Of a stretch of 56,418 nt of DNA, positions 31,087 through 40,344 are shown one piece after another; within the stretch, counting starts at the first letter, position 1, and each line of letters begins with the position of its first letter. The stretch is from the NCBI GenBank assembly GCA_051382295.1, contig JBBCAW010000054.1, positions 1 to 56,418 on the forward strand, read 5' to 3'. The translations under genes and the position numbers were made by a program. Source of the stretch: Bdellovibrionota bacterium FG-1. Lineage in GTDB: Bacteria > Bdellovibrionota > UBA1018. The notes below the pieces were generated by a model. The model saw nothing but the letters and a program-made list of their open reading frames with translations, searched no databases and was not told the origin of the DNA.

Positions 31087-32454
31087 TTAAAAAAGGTAAA
31101 CCACATTGACTGTGGTTTGAACCAAGGAAGCAGTGGGAGAGGCGGCAGAGGCACCGCCAAAAATATATTTAGAATATCCCAAAAGAATATCGGCTTTCGA
31201 ACCCAGGAAAGGAAACTCGATTCCGACTTCGGGCTCAAGTGATTGCGAAGTCGAATTGGGGAAAAGACCCGTAGAAACTGCACCTAACAAAAACGCGGTT
31301 CTCGCCGAAACATTGAGTTGAGCGAACAACCCGAAACCCGGCTGGTTGAGCTGAAGACTGACAGCCCCCGAGTCGTAAAACCCACCCATTGAAACAAAAT
31401 AAACCCGGGGCGACAGCGTCAGAAAAGACCCCAGATCCAGGTTGCCAGACAGATAAAACTGCATCCCGTAAAGGGTCATCGCTTGGCCGGTCATCGCCAC
31501 CGGAAAACTCAGTTTAATCCGTGCTCCAAGATCCAGAAGCTTGAAAAACCGACGAGTGCGCACGCCCAGATCAAGATCAGGTTGAACGGCAGCGCCTTGT
31601 GTAAACGGCGTCGAAACCGATGCTTGCATGACCCCCAACCCCCCCCGAAACACCACGACGGGATTCAGGGGTGGAGGGGGCGGAACCGGCGCCTTAACCA
31701 CCGTTTGCGGTCCGATGCCACGAAAGGTTTTTTGCCGAATCTGCAAAAGGTAGGAAGAAACCGAGCCCCCGTATGCGAAATTCAGACGCCCCATGTTTCC
31801 ACCGGTGGAGAGTTGCGTCGAGGTCAAGGAATACTGCTTCCAACGCTCCCCTTTGCCGAGCACTTCAAAGAGGCTGGTATCCGCCCATTCCACATCCTCC
31901 GGCACCGTCACGGTGACCAGAAGGTCTTCCGTTTTCTTGGAACACGAAAGACCTACGGGAATGGGTCGAACGCTCAAAGCTTTTGGCTTCGCCTCGGCCC
32001 GCTGAGGAAGTAATTGCAAAGAATAAGGATCACATCCGTGGCTGATGATTTCTGACGAACTCAGCGTGATCCGAAGGTCAAAAACAAGATTGGGCCCCCC
32101 TTGTTGCTCAATAATCACGCGGTCTTGTAGTGCCGAGAGCAGGAGCTGAATGCCACTTCCACCGCGTTCCCACCGGACGGCACCGCCTTGCACGCCCACA
32201 ACACGAACAGGGGAAGGAGGGGTAAGAATGACCTGAGAATACAAGACACTGACACTAGGAGGAGCGGTGATCCATTTCCACTGATGACGCGCGCTCCAAC
32301 CCAGCAAAACTCCAGGACTTTGGCCTCCGACCGTGTGCAACTCGACCCGAACCGTCGCATTCGCGCGATGGGGCATAAAAAGGGCGAGCCCAGAGTTCAT
32401 GACCGCAGCCATGCAAAGAAGCTGAATCAGACCCTGCCAGAACGATGCGTTCAT
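31087..32454 (-). CDS. Hypothetical outer-membrane protein (N-terminal beta domains, Pro linker, C-terminal beta-barrel)
   Basis: Signal peptide (ANA); PVPPPPP linker; amphipathic strands; ends VVYLF. Confidence 0.65.
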   Translation of the reverse strand: MNASFWQGLIQLLCMAAVMNSGLALFMPHRANATVRVELHTVGGQSPGVLLGWSARHQWKWITAPPSVSVLYSQVILTPPSPVRVVGVQGGAVRWERGGSGIQLLLSALQDRVIIEQQGGPNLVFDLRITLSSSEIISHGCDPYSLQLLPQRAEAKPKALSVRPIPVGLSCSKKTEDLLVTVTVPEDVEWADTSLFEVLGKGERWKQYSLTSTQLSTGGNMGRLNFAYGGSVSSYLLQIRQKTFRGIGPQTVVKAPVPPPPPLNPVVVFRGGLGVMQASVSTPFTQGAAVQPDLDLGVRTRRFFKLLDLGARIKLSFPVAMTGQAMTLYGMQFYLSGNLDLGSFLTLSPRVYFVSMGGFYDSGAVSLQLNQPGFGLFAQLNVSARTAFLLGAVSTGLFPNSTSQSLEPEVGIEFPFLGSKADILLGYSKYIFGGASAASPTASLVQTTVNVVYLF

Positions 32455-32551
32455 TCATTTAAGTGTATGAAATAAATATAAAATAGGCCATTTCATTTTT
32501 TGTTTGTTTTTTGTTTTATGATTCCGCGAAACCACTCTATACTAGACCTGA

Positions 32552-34762
32552 ATGATCAAGTACAAGGGGTATCGGGTTCTCATTCCAACTTGCGTTCTTT
32601 TGCTGTTTTCGGCGTGTAAAAGTGGTTACGTCGATATGAACGAAGATCTCTACTCGGCCATGGCCGCAGTCACTGCCCTAAAAACAGCGCCCCCCTCACC
32701 GACCCCCTCTCCCGTAACCCCCTCGGTTTTTTCCGTGACCCCGTCCACCGCGACCATCACCGTAGGACAACCACTCACGTTGCAGGTTTCCAATGGTCAA
32801 GCTCCGTTCACTTTCTCGATTCTCTCGAAAGATGCCAACGGAAATCCGGTGGGCACTGTCAGCGTCGATTCAGAATCCGGCACCTACACTCCCGGGCCAA
32901 ACGCTGGCTCGGCAATCATCCAAGTCGTCGATGGGGTCGGCCACACGGCCATCGCCACGGTCATTATCAATGGCGCCTTACAGGTCGCCAATCCCATGCA
33001 ATACATTGAAGAGGGGCAAACGACCCCGATCGCGGTCGTCGTCGGAGGAGGCGTACCGCCTTTAACTTACTCAATCGACACAGACCAATGCGGCGCCCTG
33101 AACGCCAATAGTGGCGTATTTACTGCTGGAAACTTACCTAAGAACTGTAATGTCACGGTGACCGACTCCGCCTCGCCCCCTCATGTGGTGACTGAAACCG
33201 TGGTGATCTATGCCCCCCTGGCGGTCGTACCCAACGCAGGCACCCCTTCGCTGGACTCCGACCCCACGGTCGGTCAATCTTCTTTCAAGCTCCAGGTTTC
33301 CGGAGGTTCCCCCATCGGCACTCCGGCGTTCACGTACTGTCCGGGAGCCTTGTCCTCCTGTCCCCCTGCGGCGGCGGCACTTCCAATAAAAAGCTCGACA
33401 GACCAACTGTACTCCTTTGTTCCCATGAACGCCGCCGGAGACTACACGGTTTGTGCTACCGATTCGCAAAGCAATACGGCATGCACCCCGATTGCAGTCC
33501 ATAGTTCCTCCGTGGCCTTGGCCTTTGGAGTGCCCATTTTTCCGCAAGACGCGCCGCAAATCTGTAAAAATATGCCAGTCCCGAAGAACAACCCAGTGCA
33601 GATCACAACGAAGAACTCTGTGAGTGTTTTAGTGACGGATGGCTATGCCTTGCCCCAAACCTACAGCCTGACGCCTCTCAAAAAGGACGGTACCGCCCTG
33701 GCCGGGGTGACGCTCAATCCGAACGTCATTTCCTCAAATCAGTCCATGCCCATTCAAGTGTCTGGACAGCCCGTGATCGCCGGCTTTGCCTTCGACATCC
33801 ATGTCCAAAATGCCACCAATCCCAATCAGGTGCAAAACTTAGGTATCCTCATAGTCGCCCCTCCCGTGGCGTCTCCGACAACCTACCCATCGAACGCCCA
33901 GAATGGCGACAGCCAGCTTTTCGCATTCTCTGACGGAGTCGGCCCGTACTGTGCACCGTCGAAATCCGGAACATACGCCGCATCGGTCGGCGCCAACGGG
34001 CTTGCTTATACCTTCGGCAACAATGACCTGACTGCACCGGTGACCTTCTACGATTCGCTCGGCAACTCTTTCAAGTCGACCCAAGCGGGAGCGAACACTT
34101 TCACGGGCCTCATGAATATCGACTCGATCACCTCCACGTCATTAACGGCCCACTACGAGATGCTCAATGGAGATCAAGTTCAGAGCAACTATGCCATGTC
34201 CATTCAGATCCTCGGCAAGCCAGCGGCACCCCCAGCCTCCGCAAGCCTTTCGAGCTATTCATACTCCCTGCCGCTCTGCAATCGTTCCTGCTCGGGCACC
34301 GACTGCGCCTGCACTTTCACACCGCTTGCACCCGGAGTCAGCTATCAAGTGACTCTCACTTATAAAAATGTACCTACTAACCAGACAGCCAGCACAACCG
34401 CACTCACCATTAACGTGCCGGCACCAGGAATTTCAGTGTCGTCACCGTTAGCCAACCAAGCAAAACTGCAGTGGCCTCTGATGACGGTCGGCGGCGACGT
34501 CCCAATCAATGGTTACACCCTTTACTACGCCAAAGGTGCTCAGAACAGCACCAGTACTATGAGTGCCCTTATAAATATTGCCGCCGCGAATGTCACCTAC
34601 GACGCCAACCAAAAGAAGTACACCTATACCTTTACAGACGTACAACTTCTCACTGCGAACAACGCTTTCACTTTTACGGTGGTGCCGATCATCAACGGTG
34701 TCTTGATCCCGCCGATCCCCGCACAAAATGCGATTTCGTTTCCGTCCGTCCTCATCCAATGA
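32552..34762 (+). CDS. Large Ig-like/Fn3-like repeat lipoprotein
   Basis: Lipobox FSAC; repeated GGVPPLTYS / NGQAPFTFS / G.YT.G / VTD modules; T/S/P/V-rich. Confidence 0.75.
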   Translation: MIKYKGYRVLIPTCVLLLFSACKSGYVDMNEDLYSAMAAVTALKTAPPSPTPSPVTPSVFSVTPSTATITVGQPLTLQVSNGQAPFTFSILSKDANGNPVGTVSVDSESGTYTPGPNAGSAIIQVVDGVGHTAIATVIINGALQVANPMQYIEEGQTTPIAVVVGGGVPPLTYSIDTDQCGALNANSGVFTAGNLPKNCNVTVTDSASPPHVVTETVVIYAPLAVVPNAGTPSLDSDPTVGQSSFKLQVSGGSPIGTPAFTYCPGALSSCPPAAAALPIKSSTDQLYSFVPMNAAGDYTVCATDSQSNTACTPIAVHSSSVALAFGVPIFPQDAPQICKNMPVPKNNPVQITTKNSVSVLVTDGYALPQTYSLTPLKKDGTALAGVTLNPNVISSNQSMPIQVSGQPVIAGFAFDIHVQNATNPNQVQNLGILIVAPPVASPTTYPSNAQNGDSQLFAFSDGVGPYCAPSKSGTYAASVGANGLAYTFGNNDLTAPVTFYDSLGNSFKSTQAGANTFTGLMNIDSITSTSLTAHYEMLNGDQVQSNYAMSIQILGKPAAPPASASLSSYSYSLPLCNRSCSGTDCACTFTPLAPGVSYQVTLTYKNVPTNQTASTTALTINVPAPGISVSSPLANQAKLQWPLMTVGGDVPINGYTLYYAKGAQNSTSTMSALINIAAANVTYDANQKKYTYTFTDVQLLTANNAFTFTVVPIINGVLIPPIPAQNAISFPSVLIQ

Positions 34763-34774
34763 TGACCCCTACAC

Positions 34775-35803
34775 TCACCCGCGCTCAGACTGCATAGGGC
34801 GACTCATCAACGCCTGCATCACGCGTTGAACCGGCACGCCTTCTTCAATCAGATTAAAAACGGCCTGCGTGATGGGCATCGATATTTTGTGCTGGGCGGA
34901 ATATTTCCAGACGTTACGCGTGGTCCGAACGCCTTCGGCGGTTTTTCCCAAATCTCGCAAAACCGCGGCAATGACCTTACCCTGGGCTAAATTCATGCCT
35001 ACCTGATAATTGCGTGAGGCAGGGCTCGAGCAGGTCGCCAAAAGATCACCCATGCCAGCCAATCCCAAAAAGGTCTCCTCGCGCGCGCCCATCGCCACCC
35101 CAAATCGGACCATCTCGGCCAAGCCGCGTGTCAGCAACATCGCCCGGGAATTCCAACCCAAATGCATCCCGTCCAACGCGCCCGAAGCGATCGCTACAAT
35201 ATTTTTAAGCGCACCCGCCCACTCCACGCCAATCACATCCAAGGATGAATAGATCCTCAACCGATCCGAAGCCCAGATCGAAGTTCCAGCCTCAATGACT
35301 TCGTTAAACACGGACGCCATCACCGTGGCCGCAGGCTCACCGCGTGCGATCTCGGGCGCCAAATTAGGGCCACTCATGACCCCGATGCGTGGACAAGGGA
35401 GCTCTTCGCGCAAAATTTCGGAAACCCGCTTCAACGATCCTTCCTCGACGCCCTTAGTAGCATGAATCAAAATTTCGTGACCCTTAAAAAAAGGCGCGAG
35501 TCTTCGTGCTTGCTCGCGACAAACCTCCGAGGGAAGCGCCCAAAGCACTACGCCCACGCCGTCATCACCGCCGAATACGCGATCCAACTCCGCCATGGCA
35601 TGCACGCGCTCATGCAAGGGCAACTCGGGAAGGTATTTTTCATTGACCCGCTTGGCATTGATCGCACGCGCCTGCTCTTCCTCGCGCACCCAAAGCCTCA
35701 CTTCGCGACAATGAGGGGCCGCGAGGTGGGCGAGCACCGTCCCCCAACTGCCGCCCCCAATCACTACGACTTTGGAATTACGCCAAAAATCCTTTTGCGT
35801 CAT
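34775..35803 (-). CDS. gpsA: NAD(P)H-dependent glycerol-3-phosphate dehydrogenase
   Basis: GGGSWGT, TKGVE, SGPNLA.E, GVE.AGALKN, GLAGMGDL.ATC.S..SRN, AEGV. Confidence 0.96.
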   Translation of the reverse strand: MTQKDFWRNSKVVVIGGGSWGTVLAHLAAPHCREVRLWVREEEQARAINAKRVNEKYLPELPLHERVHAMAELDRVFGGDDGVGVVLWALPSEVCREQARRLAPFFKGHEILIHATKGVEEGSLKRVSEILREELPCPRIGVMSGPNLAPEIARGEPAATVMASVFNEVIEAGTSIWASDRLRIYSSLDVIGVEWAGALKNIVAIASGALDGMHLGWNSRAMLLTRGLAEMVRFGVAMGAREETFLGLAGMGDLLATCSSPASRNYQVGMNLAQGKVIAAVLRDLGKTAEGVRTTRNVWKYSAQHKISMPITQAVFNLIEEGVPVQRVMQALMSRPMQSERG

Positions 35804-37490
35804 GTTGTCCTGGTGTCCTTTGCGCCACGCCCGACTGCTCGAACAACGAAAGTCCGAAACCCGAAAGTCGATTGCGATAGAAATAAAGCAAGTTCATGTC
35901 CTCGGTCCAGATCGTCGTATCTCCTCTTTGGGCGACGGCGGCTTCATGCATGAGGCCCAACTGCTGAATACCATCACCCACCCACTTTTCAAGATCCCAA
36001 GTGGCCAACTCGGAACTCAAAAACAATTGACCGCGGTCAGCCATTTCCCGCAATTTTCGGTGGATTTTTTCGGCATTCGCTAAAAACTCAGAATAGGGAA
36101 TCGTGCGCTGCGGAGTAGAAAGACGTAAAAAACGGTATAAATCTAAATCGGGGTATTTAACCCGAAGCGATTCCATCAACGCAAAGGCCACCGTATGCGA
36201 GCTCAAAACCGTATTTTCGCGATGAAATCGCTCGGTCAGCCTGACGCCCAGCTCACGCGTGTACTCCTGATCCCGTTGCGGCTCCGCCCCCAGTTGCCCG
36301 CGCGTGGTCAGCCAGCGTCTAGGGTCAATGAGAGTGCCATTGGGACCGATGGATTGACCCTCATCATCGACAAAGTTGCCAAACACATCGAGAGGTTTTC
36401 CAATTCTGACTGAAGTCCCCGCCTTGGACGAAAAAATCTTCCAAAAGAACTTTAAAACTTCCGTAGGATGCCAAGACTCGTCGTCTGAAAAAATGAAACG
36501 ACTCTTGCCGCTTTCGGCCAAATAGTCTTCGATCAAAGAACTCGCCTCAAGCACGAAGTGATAGCTGGTGGTCATCGGAACAATATAGATATTGGGTTTA
36601 GCAATGCCCGCACGCAGGTTTTCAATCTGCGCATCCAGCGCGGTTCCCAAAAGCCCGAGCTTCACGCGACTTTCAATCGCGCCACTTCGCGAGCGCGTCC
36701 CCCCTGGAAAAAAGATCGAATGCATCCCCTCCTTCAGCATTTTTGTCGAATAGTTTTTGAGGAGGTTTTTATAAACCGCATTAGACTTGCTGCGGTCCAC
36801 CGTATAAGCGCCTAAATTTCCCATGAAAAAATTCAAAATAGGATTCGAAAAAAGATTAAGTCCCGCGCCATAAGCAAACGGCGGAAGCTGCATGAGATAA
36901 ATGACGTAGCCCACCAAGACGCTGTCGATATTGCTCTGATGCGTAGGGACTAAAAGGATCGTCCCTTGGCGAGCAAGGCGTTGCAAGTGAGGCACTTCGC
37001 CTAAAATGTGTAAACGAGACTGCAGCGACTCGGTCATCCCCCAAGGTAAAAACCGTCGCACACTGGCCGCATTCAGGAGCCAACTAAAAGCCCACGGCGC
37101 GGCATGAGTGGCAAAACGATAAACCCGCGGATCGAAACGCCCCCCAATTTCATCGGCATAATGCTGTAAAACCACCTTCAAAAGCTGCTTACGGTCACTT
37201 TCACCAGCGGGCCGGACCATTCCCTCCTGCACTTGGCTCCAAAGTGCTCGGTCAGATCGATAACGCTTTTTGGTAAAGACATTGGGCCTGAATCGCTTAA
37301 GCCGCAAGCGCTCACTATAAAGGGCCTCGCCCAACAGGGTCTCCAGCGGTGCGCTCGCCAACTCCTGCTGAGTGCGCTCGACGACATCCCGCAAAAGCGC
37401 AGGACGTCCTTGCGTAAGAGTGGTGAGCTTCCCTTCGACTACCGGAACCTGCTCAAAGCGAATGACGGGATGACTTCCAGTTTTAGACAT
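35778..37490 (-). CDS. Glycerol-3-phosphate/1-acyl-G3P acyltransferase (PlsB-like)
   Basis: PTHQSNID (HX4D), AGLNL, FFPGGTRSRSG, KLGLL; upstream of gpsA. Confidence 0.88.
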   Translation of the reverse strand: MSKTGSHPVIRFEQVPVVEGKLTTLTQGRPALLRDVVERTQQELASAPLETLLGEALYSERLRLKRFRPNVFTKKRYRSDRALWSQVQEGMVRPAGESDRKQLLKVVLQHYADEIGGRFDPRVYRFATHAAPWAFSWLLNAASVRRFLPWGMTESLQSRLHILGEVPHLQRLARQGTILLVPTHQSNIDSVLVGYVIYLMQLPPFAYGAGLNLFSNPILNFFMGNLGAYTVDRSKSNAVYKNLLKNYSTKMLKEGMHSIFFPGGTRSRSGAIESRVKLGLLGTALDAQIENLRAGIAKPNIYIVPMTTSYHFVLEASSLIEDYLAESGKSRFIFSDDESWHPTEVLKFFWKIFSSKAGTSVRIGKPLDVFGNFVDDEGQSIGPNGTLIDPRRWLTTRGQLGAEPQRDQEYTRELGVRLTERFHRENTVLSSHTVAFALMESLRVKYPDLDLYRFLRLSTPQRTIPYSEFLANAEKIHRKLREMADRGQLFLSSELATWDLEKWVGDGIQQLGLMHEAAVAQRGDTTIWTEDMNLLYFYRNRLSGFGLSLFEQSGVAQRTPGQHDAKGFLA

Positions 37491-37516
37491 TTCTCCTCAC
37501 CCTACCTTAGGATTGA

Positions 37517-38326
37517 TCAATCCACTCTGAAAAAATCAATCCCCAAACCGTAAACCTGTTCTTCTTTGGAATCTTTGACGATCTGAATCCATTCACTGAG
37601 ATTTTGCGTAATGAGCGCTCGAATTTTTTGCACGTCTTCGGCGGAAAGCGTAACGACGGATGAATAATGAACGGAAGCGTCGGCGTGTTCTTCATGCATG
37701 GACGCCATGGCTTTTCCACGCCAATTGGCATGATGCTGAAAAATAAGCGGCGAATCTTTTTCGAGGTGAAGCAGCGTGGAGCCTGAGGTGAGCTGATCCC
37801 CCTGCCGATTGAGGAGTCCCACTGAAACCAAAAAATCCAAGACCTCGATGAGCTTGCGGGAAGACAAGCGCAACGCCCGTCCGAGCGCACTTCGAGTGCG
37901 CAGCGAAGGGACGGTGACGGCCATATGGACTGCGGCATAATGCCAAGAACTATAGTAAGTGGCCTGATTTTCGCGTGAAAGGGTCGCTTGAATCCCCACT
38001 CGCTTTCTAAGCGACAGATGCCGTTCACGCATTTCATCCATCTGCTCGCCCAATACTCGACGAAGCGAGGGCGTGCCCGCGCGATTGTGTTCTACGAGCA
38101 TCAGAAAAAAACGGGTCTCATCCCGCCCCATTTCTAAAAACCGAGAGGTGGCCTCGGCCTGTTCGAGATTGAAATGCCCGGAACCATTCAACACGTGTGA
38201 AATGTAGGCAGTCTGACAATGGGTAGCCTGAGCGAGTGCCTTACGAAATCCCCGTGGTCGGGATTCGTCCACCTCGGTGAGGTAGCGCTTATAATCTGTA
38301 GACTCAAAAATGGAGAGATCCATCAC
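37517..38326 (-). CDS. TIGR02147/DUF4423 family protein (N-terminal HTH)
   Basis: SIFE..DY..YL, AYISHVLNG, YYSSWHYAAVH, C-terminal VYGLGIDFF. Confidence 0.85.
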   Translation of the reverse strand: MMDLSIFESTDYKRYLTEVDESRPRGFRKALAQATHCQTAYISHVLNGSGHFNLEQAEATSRFLEMGRDETRFFLMLVEHNRAGTPSLRRVLGEQMDEMRERHLSLRKRVGIQATLSRENQATYYSSWHYAAVHMAVTVPSLRTRSALGRALRLSSRKLIEVLDFLVSVGLLNRQGDQLTSGSTLLHLEKDSPLIFQHHANWRGKAMASMHEEHADASVHYSSVVTLSAEDVQKIRALITQNLSEWIQIVKDSKEEQVYGLGIDFFRVD

Positions 38327-38428
38327 CTCAATTCTAATCGGTAATTTTAGTTAGTTCATTAAAAATGAATTAACGTAGGGTTTTTTAATTAGATAGATCT
38401 TTTCCAGATACATTAAGTCGGTTATTAA

Positions 38429-38457
38429 TTGACGCAACAAGTCATTAGTTCTATATA
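38429..38457 (+). promoter_or_regulatory. Sigma70-like promoter with overlapping TGAC-N7-GTCA palindrome
   Basis: TTGACG-17bp-TATATA, then RBS AAGGAG; conserved in the second copy (47242-47270). Confidence 0.6.
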
Positions 38458-38474
38458 ACTCAAGGAGATTTCTT

Positions 38475-39563
38475 ATGTTGTTCCCTAAGCTTTTGAAAAT
38501 CAGTCCATTTGTGATCCTGACGCTTCTGAACCTTTACTCCCTCACCGCTCATGCGGCTAAAGAGGGTGGAGTGAGTGGCGGAGGGGGCGATGCCTCCGAA
38601 GTTCGAGTAAACGACATCCGTGCGGATATTTTGAAATGGATTGGTGAGGGCGGAGCCGAGACGCTCAAGCTTCCGTCCGGAATCACCCGCGAGTCTTATC
38701 GCGCAGGCATGGAAAAATTTCTAACCCCTCACGCGGTCGTGATAGGCTTTGTGACTACCGCGCAAGAAACTCTGAGTTCAAATCCGGAAGGAAAAGTAAA
38801 CGTCAGTGGCTTAGCAAAAACTTGTCGCGGTTTTGTTTCGAGCGAGGATCAACTCCCCCACATTCTTTGTAACGCGGAACGCTTTGCGGCCAACTCAGAG
38901 TCCCAACAGTATCAACTCATTCATCATGAATTTGCCGGCCTAGCAGGCTTGGAGCAAAATATTGGAGCATCGTCCGATTATCAGCTTTCTCGGCAGCTAA
39001 CCGACTTTTTGGTACCGCAGACCGTGTTGCGATTAGCAGTGAAACGGAACATCCCCGCCGCGCCCTATATTCCGGAGGGCGCATCCGAAACGGACAAAGC
39101 ATTTCTCGGGCTTCAGGGAAGCTATACCAAAATTGCAGGGGCGGGTAATTGTCCACTCGCGTTTGAAATCGAGGCCCATGGGGGCGGCAAATGGGACAAA
39201 GCACTACTCAACGTCCGAACACCCCAAAGTCGAGCATTTTTTGACGAAGGAGAGTTTCACCAAGAAACGTACGAATCAAGCTATGAATGGAAACCCCTCT
39301 ATTCCGCCTATTCGAAACACAAGATCGAGACTTACCTCAACCCAAAAGCTGGATACGTGGTACACACAAATGTCGAGTTTCTCAGCAACTATCCAACCGT
39401 GATTCGTTGGTTTGATTCCCCATCCTGGATCCGAGAATCTCTCTTTCTAAAGAAAAACAGCAATGGCACTCTTCATTTTGCAAAAAATATCGACACCCAA
39501 GGAACCGATGCAGCCATTTGGCAACAACTCATCAACTTCAACTGCCTCTATCGCGCGCAGTAA
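38475..39563 (+). CDS. Secreted hypothetical protein (GGVSGGGGD motif, HHE motif), paralogue 1
   Basis: Signal peptide AHA; LIHHEFAGL; 362 aa; colinear paralogue at 47288. Confidence 0.85.
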   Translation: MLFPKLLKISPFVILTLLNLYSLTAHAAKEGGVSGGGGDASEVRVNDIRADILKWIGEGGAETLKLPSGITRESYRAGMEKFLTPHAVVIGFVTTAQETLSSNPEGKVNVSGLAKTCRGFVSSEDQLPHILCNAERFAANSESQQYQLIHHEFAGLAGLEQNIGASSDYQLSRQLTDFLVPQTVLRLAVKRNIPAAPYIPEGASETDKAFLGLQGSYTKIAGAGNCPLAFEIEAHGGGKWDKALLNVRTPQSRAFFDEGEFHQETYESSYEWKPLYSAYSKHKIETYLNPKAGYVVHTNVEFLSNYPTVIRWFDSPSWIRESLFLKKNSNGTLHFAKNIDTQGTDAAIWQQLINFNCLYRAQ

Positions 39564-39580
39564 ACAGAAACAAAACCACT

Positions 39581-39616
39581 GGGGCACTCGCATTCGTGGG
39601 TGCCCCTGAACTTTTT
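39581..39616 (+). terminator. Rho-independent terminator
   Basis: GGGGCACTCGC-ATTC-GTGGGTGCCCC hairpin followed by a T-run; homologous hairpin after paralogue 2. Confidence 0.65.
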
Positions 39617-39685
39617 GGTGACGCCGCTAAAGATACGAAGACTTCGTCGATCAAATTTTTCCTCACCCAGAATCAGCACTGCCTT
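39611..39685 (-). repeat. 75-bp relic homologous to the 3' part of the AAA/DUF4143 gene (40438-40512)
   Basis: Encodes KAVLILGEEKFDRRSLRIFSGVTKK versus KAVLILGEEKFDRRSLRAFSGVIKK; most differences are synonymous. Confidence 0.9.
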
Positions 39686-39809
39686 AATTTGTTTAATTAA
39701 TTTAACGGTTAACTCTGATAAGACAGAAGATGTTAATCTCATAGTAACTTTAAAGTTAAAATTAACTTAACCTTGACCGTTACTATCATGTTAATATACC
39801 CTTGAGATA

Positions 39810-39907
39810 ATGAAGCCACGTTAGAGCAAATCTCATTTCACCCGCCAGAAAAAGATTTTACGACCGTCGGGGGAATTAAGGTTCCAAAAGGAGAATTTGG
39901 ACCATGA
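39810..39907 (+). pseudogene. Probable internally deleted MqsR-like toxin remnant
   Basis: ATG AAG CCA CGT at 39810, then an out-of-frame segment QISFHPPEKDFTTVGGIKVPKGEFGP whose TGA overlaps the antitoxin ATG (ATGA). Confidence 0.45.
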
Positions 39908-40320
39908 AGAATAAGAGATGCGGAAACTGCGGCTCATTTGAAGTCAAAAACAAGCCTTACTCCGGCCCCTATCCGTGGAAAGACTTCCCCCAGGTTTTTT
40001 TGGTAAAGCCGATTTCGGTTTTTCAGTGCGAGATCTGCGGCGAAACCATGAGTGGACCTGGTGATGCAAAGCGATTTGATGAGGCGGCGGTGGAAAGCAT
40101 CACCTCACAAGTCCGTCTCTTCATTGACCGGATCGTTGAGCGCGAGCACTGCACGCAGGCCGAACTCGCTCTGCGGGTCGGCATTACCCCTCAGTACCTC
40201 TCGTCCCTTAAAGGCGGCGCAAACATCCCAGGCTTTCAGACCTTCAATTTTCTAAAAGTGATGGCCGTTGATGAGCGGGCCTTCAAGCTCGCGAGCCCGA
40301 GCGCGAAACTGACGGCGTGA
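39904..40320 (+). CDS. MqsA-like antitoxin (YgiT-type zinc finger + XRE HTH)
   Basis: CGNC...CEICGE; TQAELALRVGITPQYLSSLKGG. Confidence 0.8.
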   Translation: MKNKRCGNCGSFEVKNKPYSGPYPWKDFPQVFLVKPISVFQCEICGETMSGPGDAKRFDEAAVESITSQVRLFIDRIVEREHCTQAELALRVGITPQYLSSLKGGANIPGFQTFNFLKVMAVDERAFKLASPSAKLTA

Positions 40321-40344
40321 GTCTCGCAATACCTGCAAGGCCCT

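Larger units (their letters stand above)
38358..39610 (+). repeat. Direct repeat copy 1 (promoter + 362-aa gene + terminator), paralogous to 47170-48428
   Basis: Similarity starts at ATTAAAAATGAATTAAC and runs through the gene to the hairpin. Confidence 0.9.
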
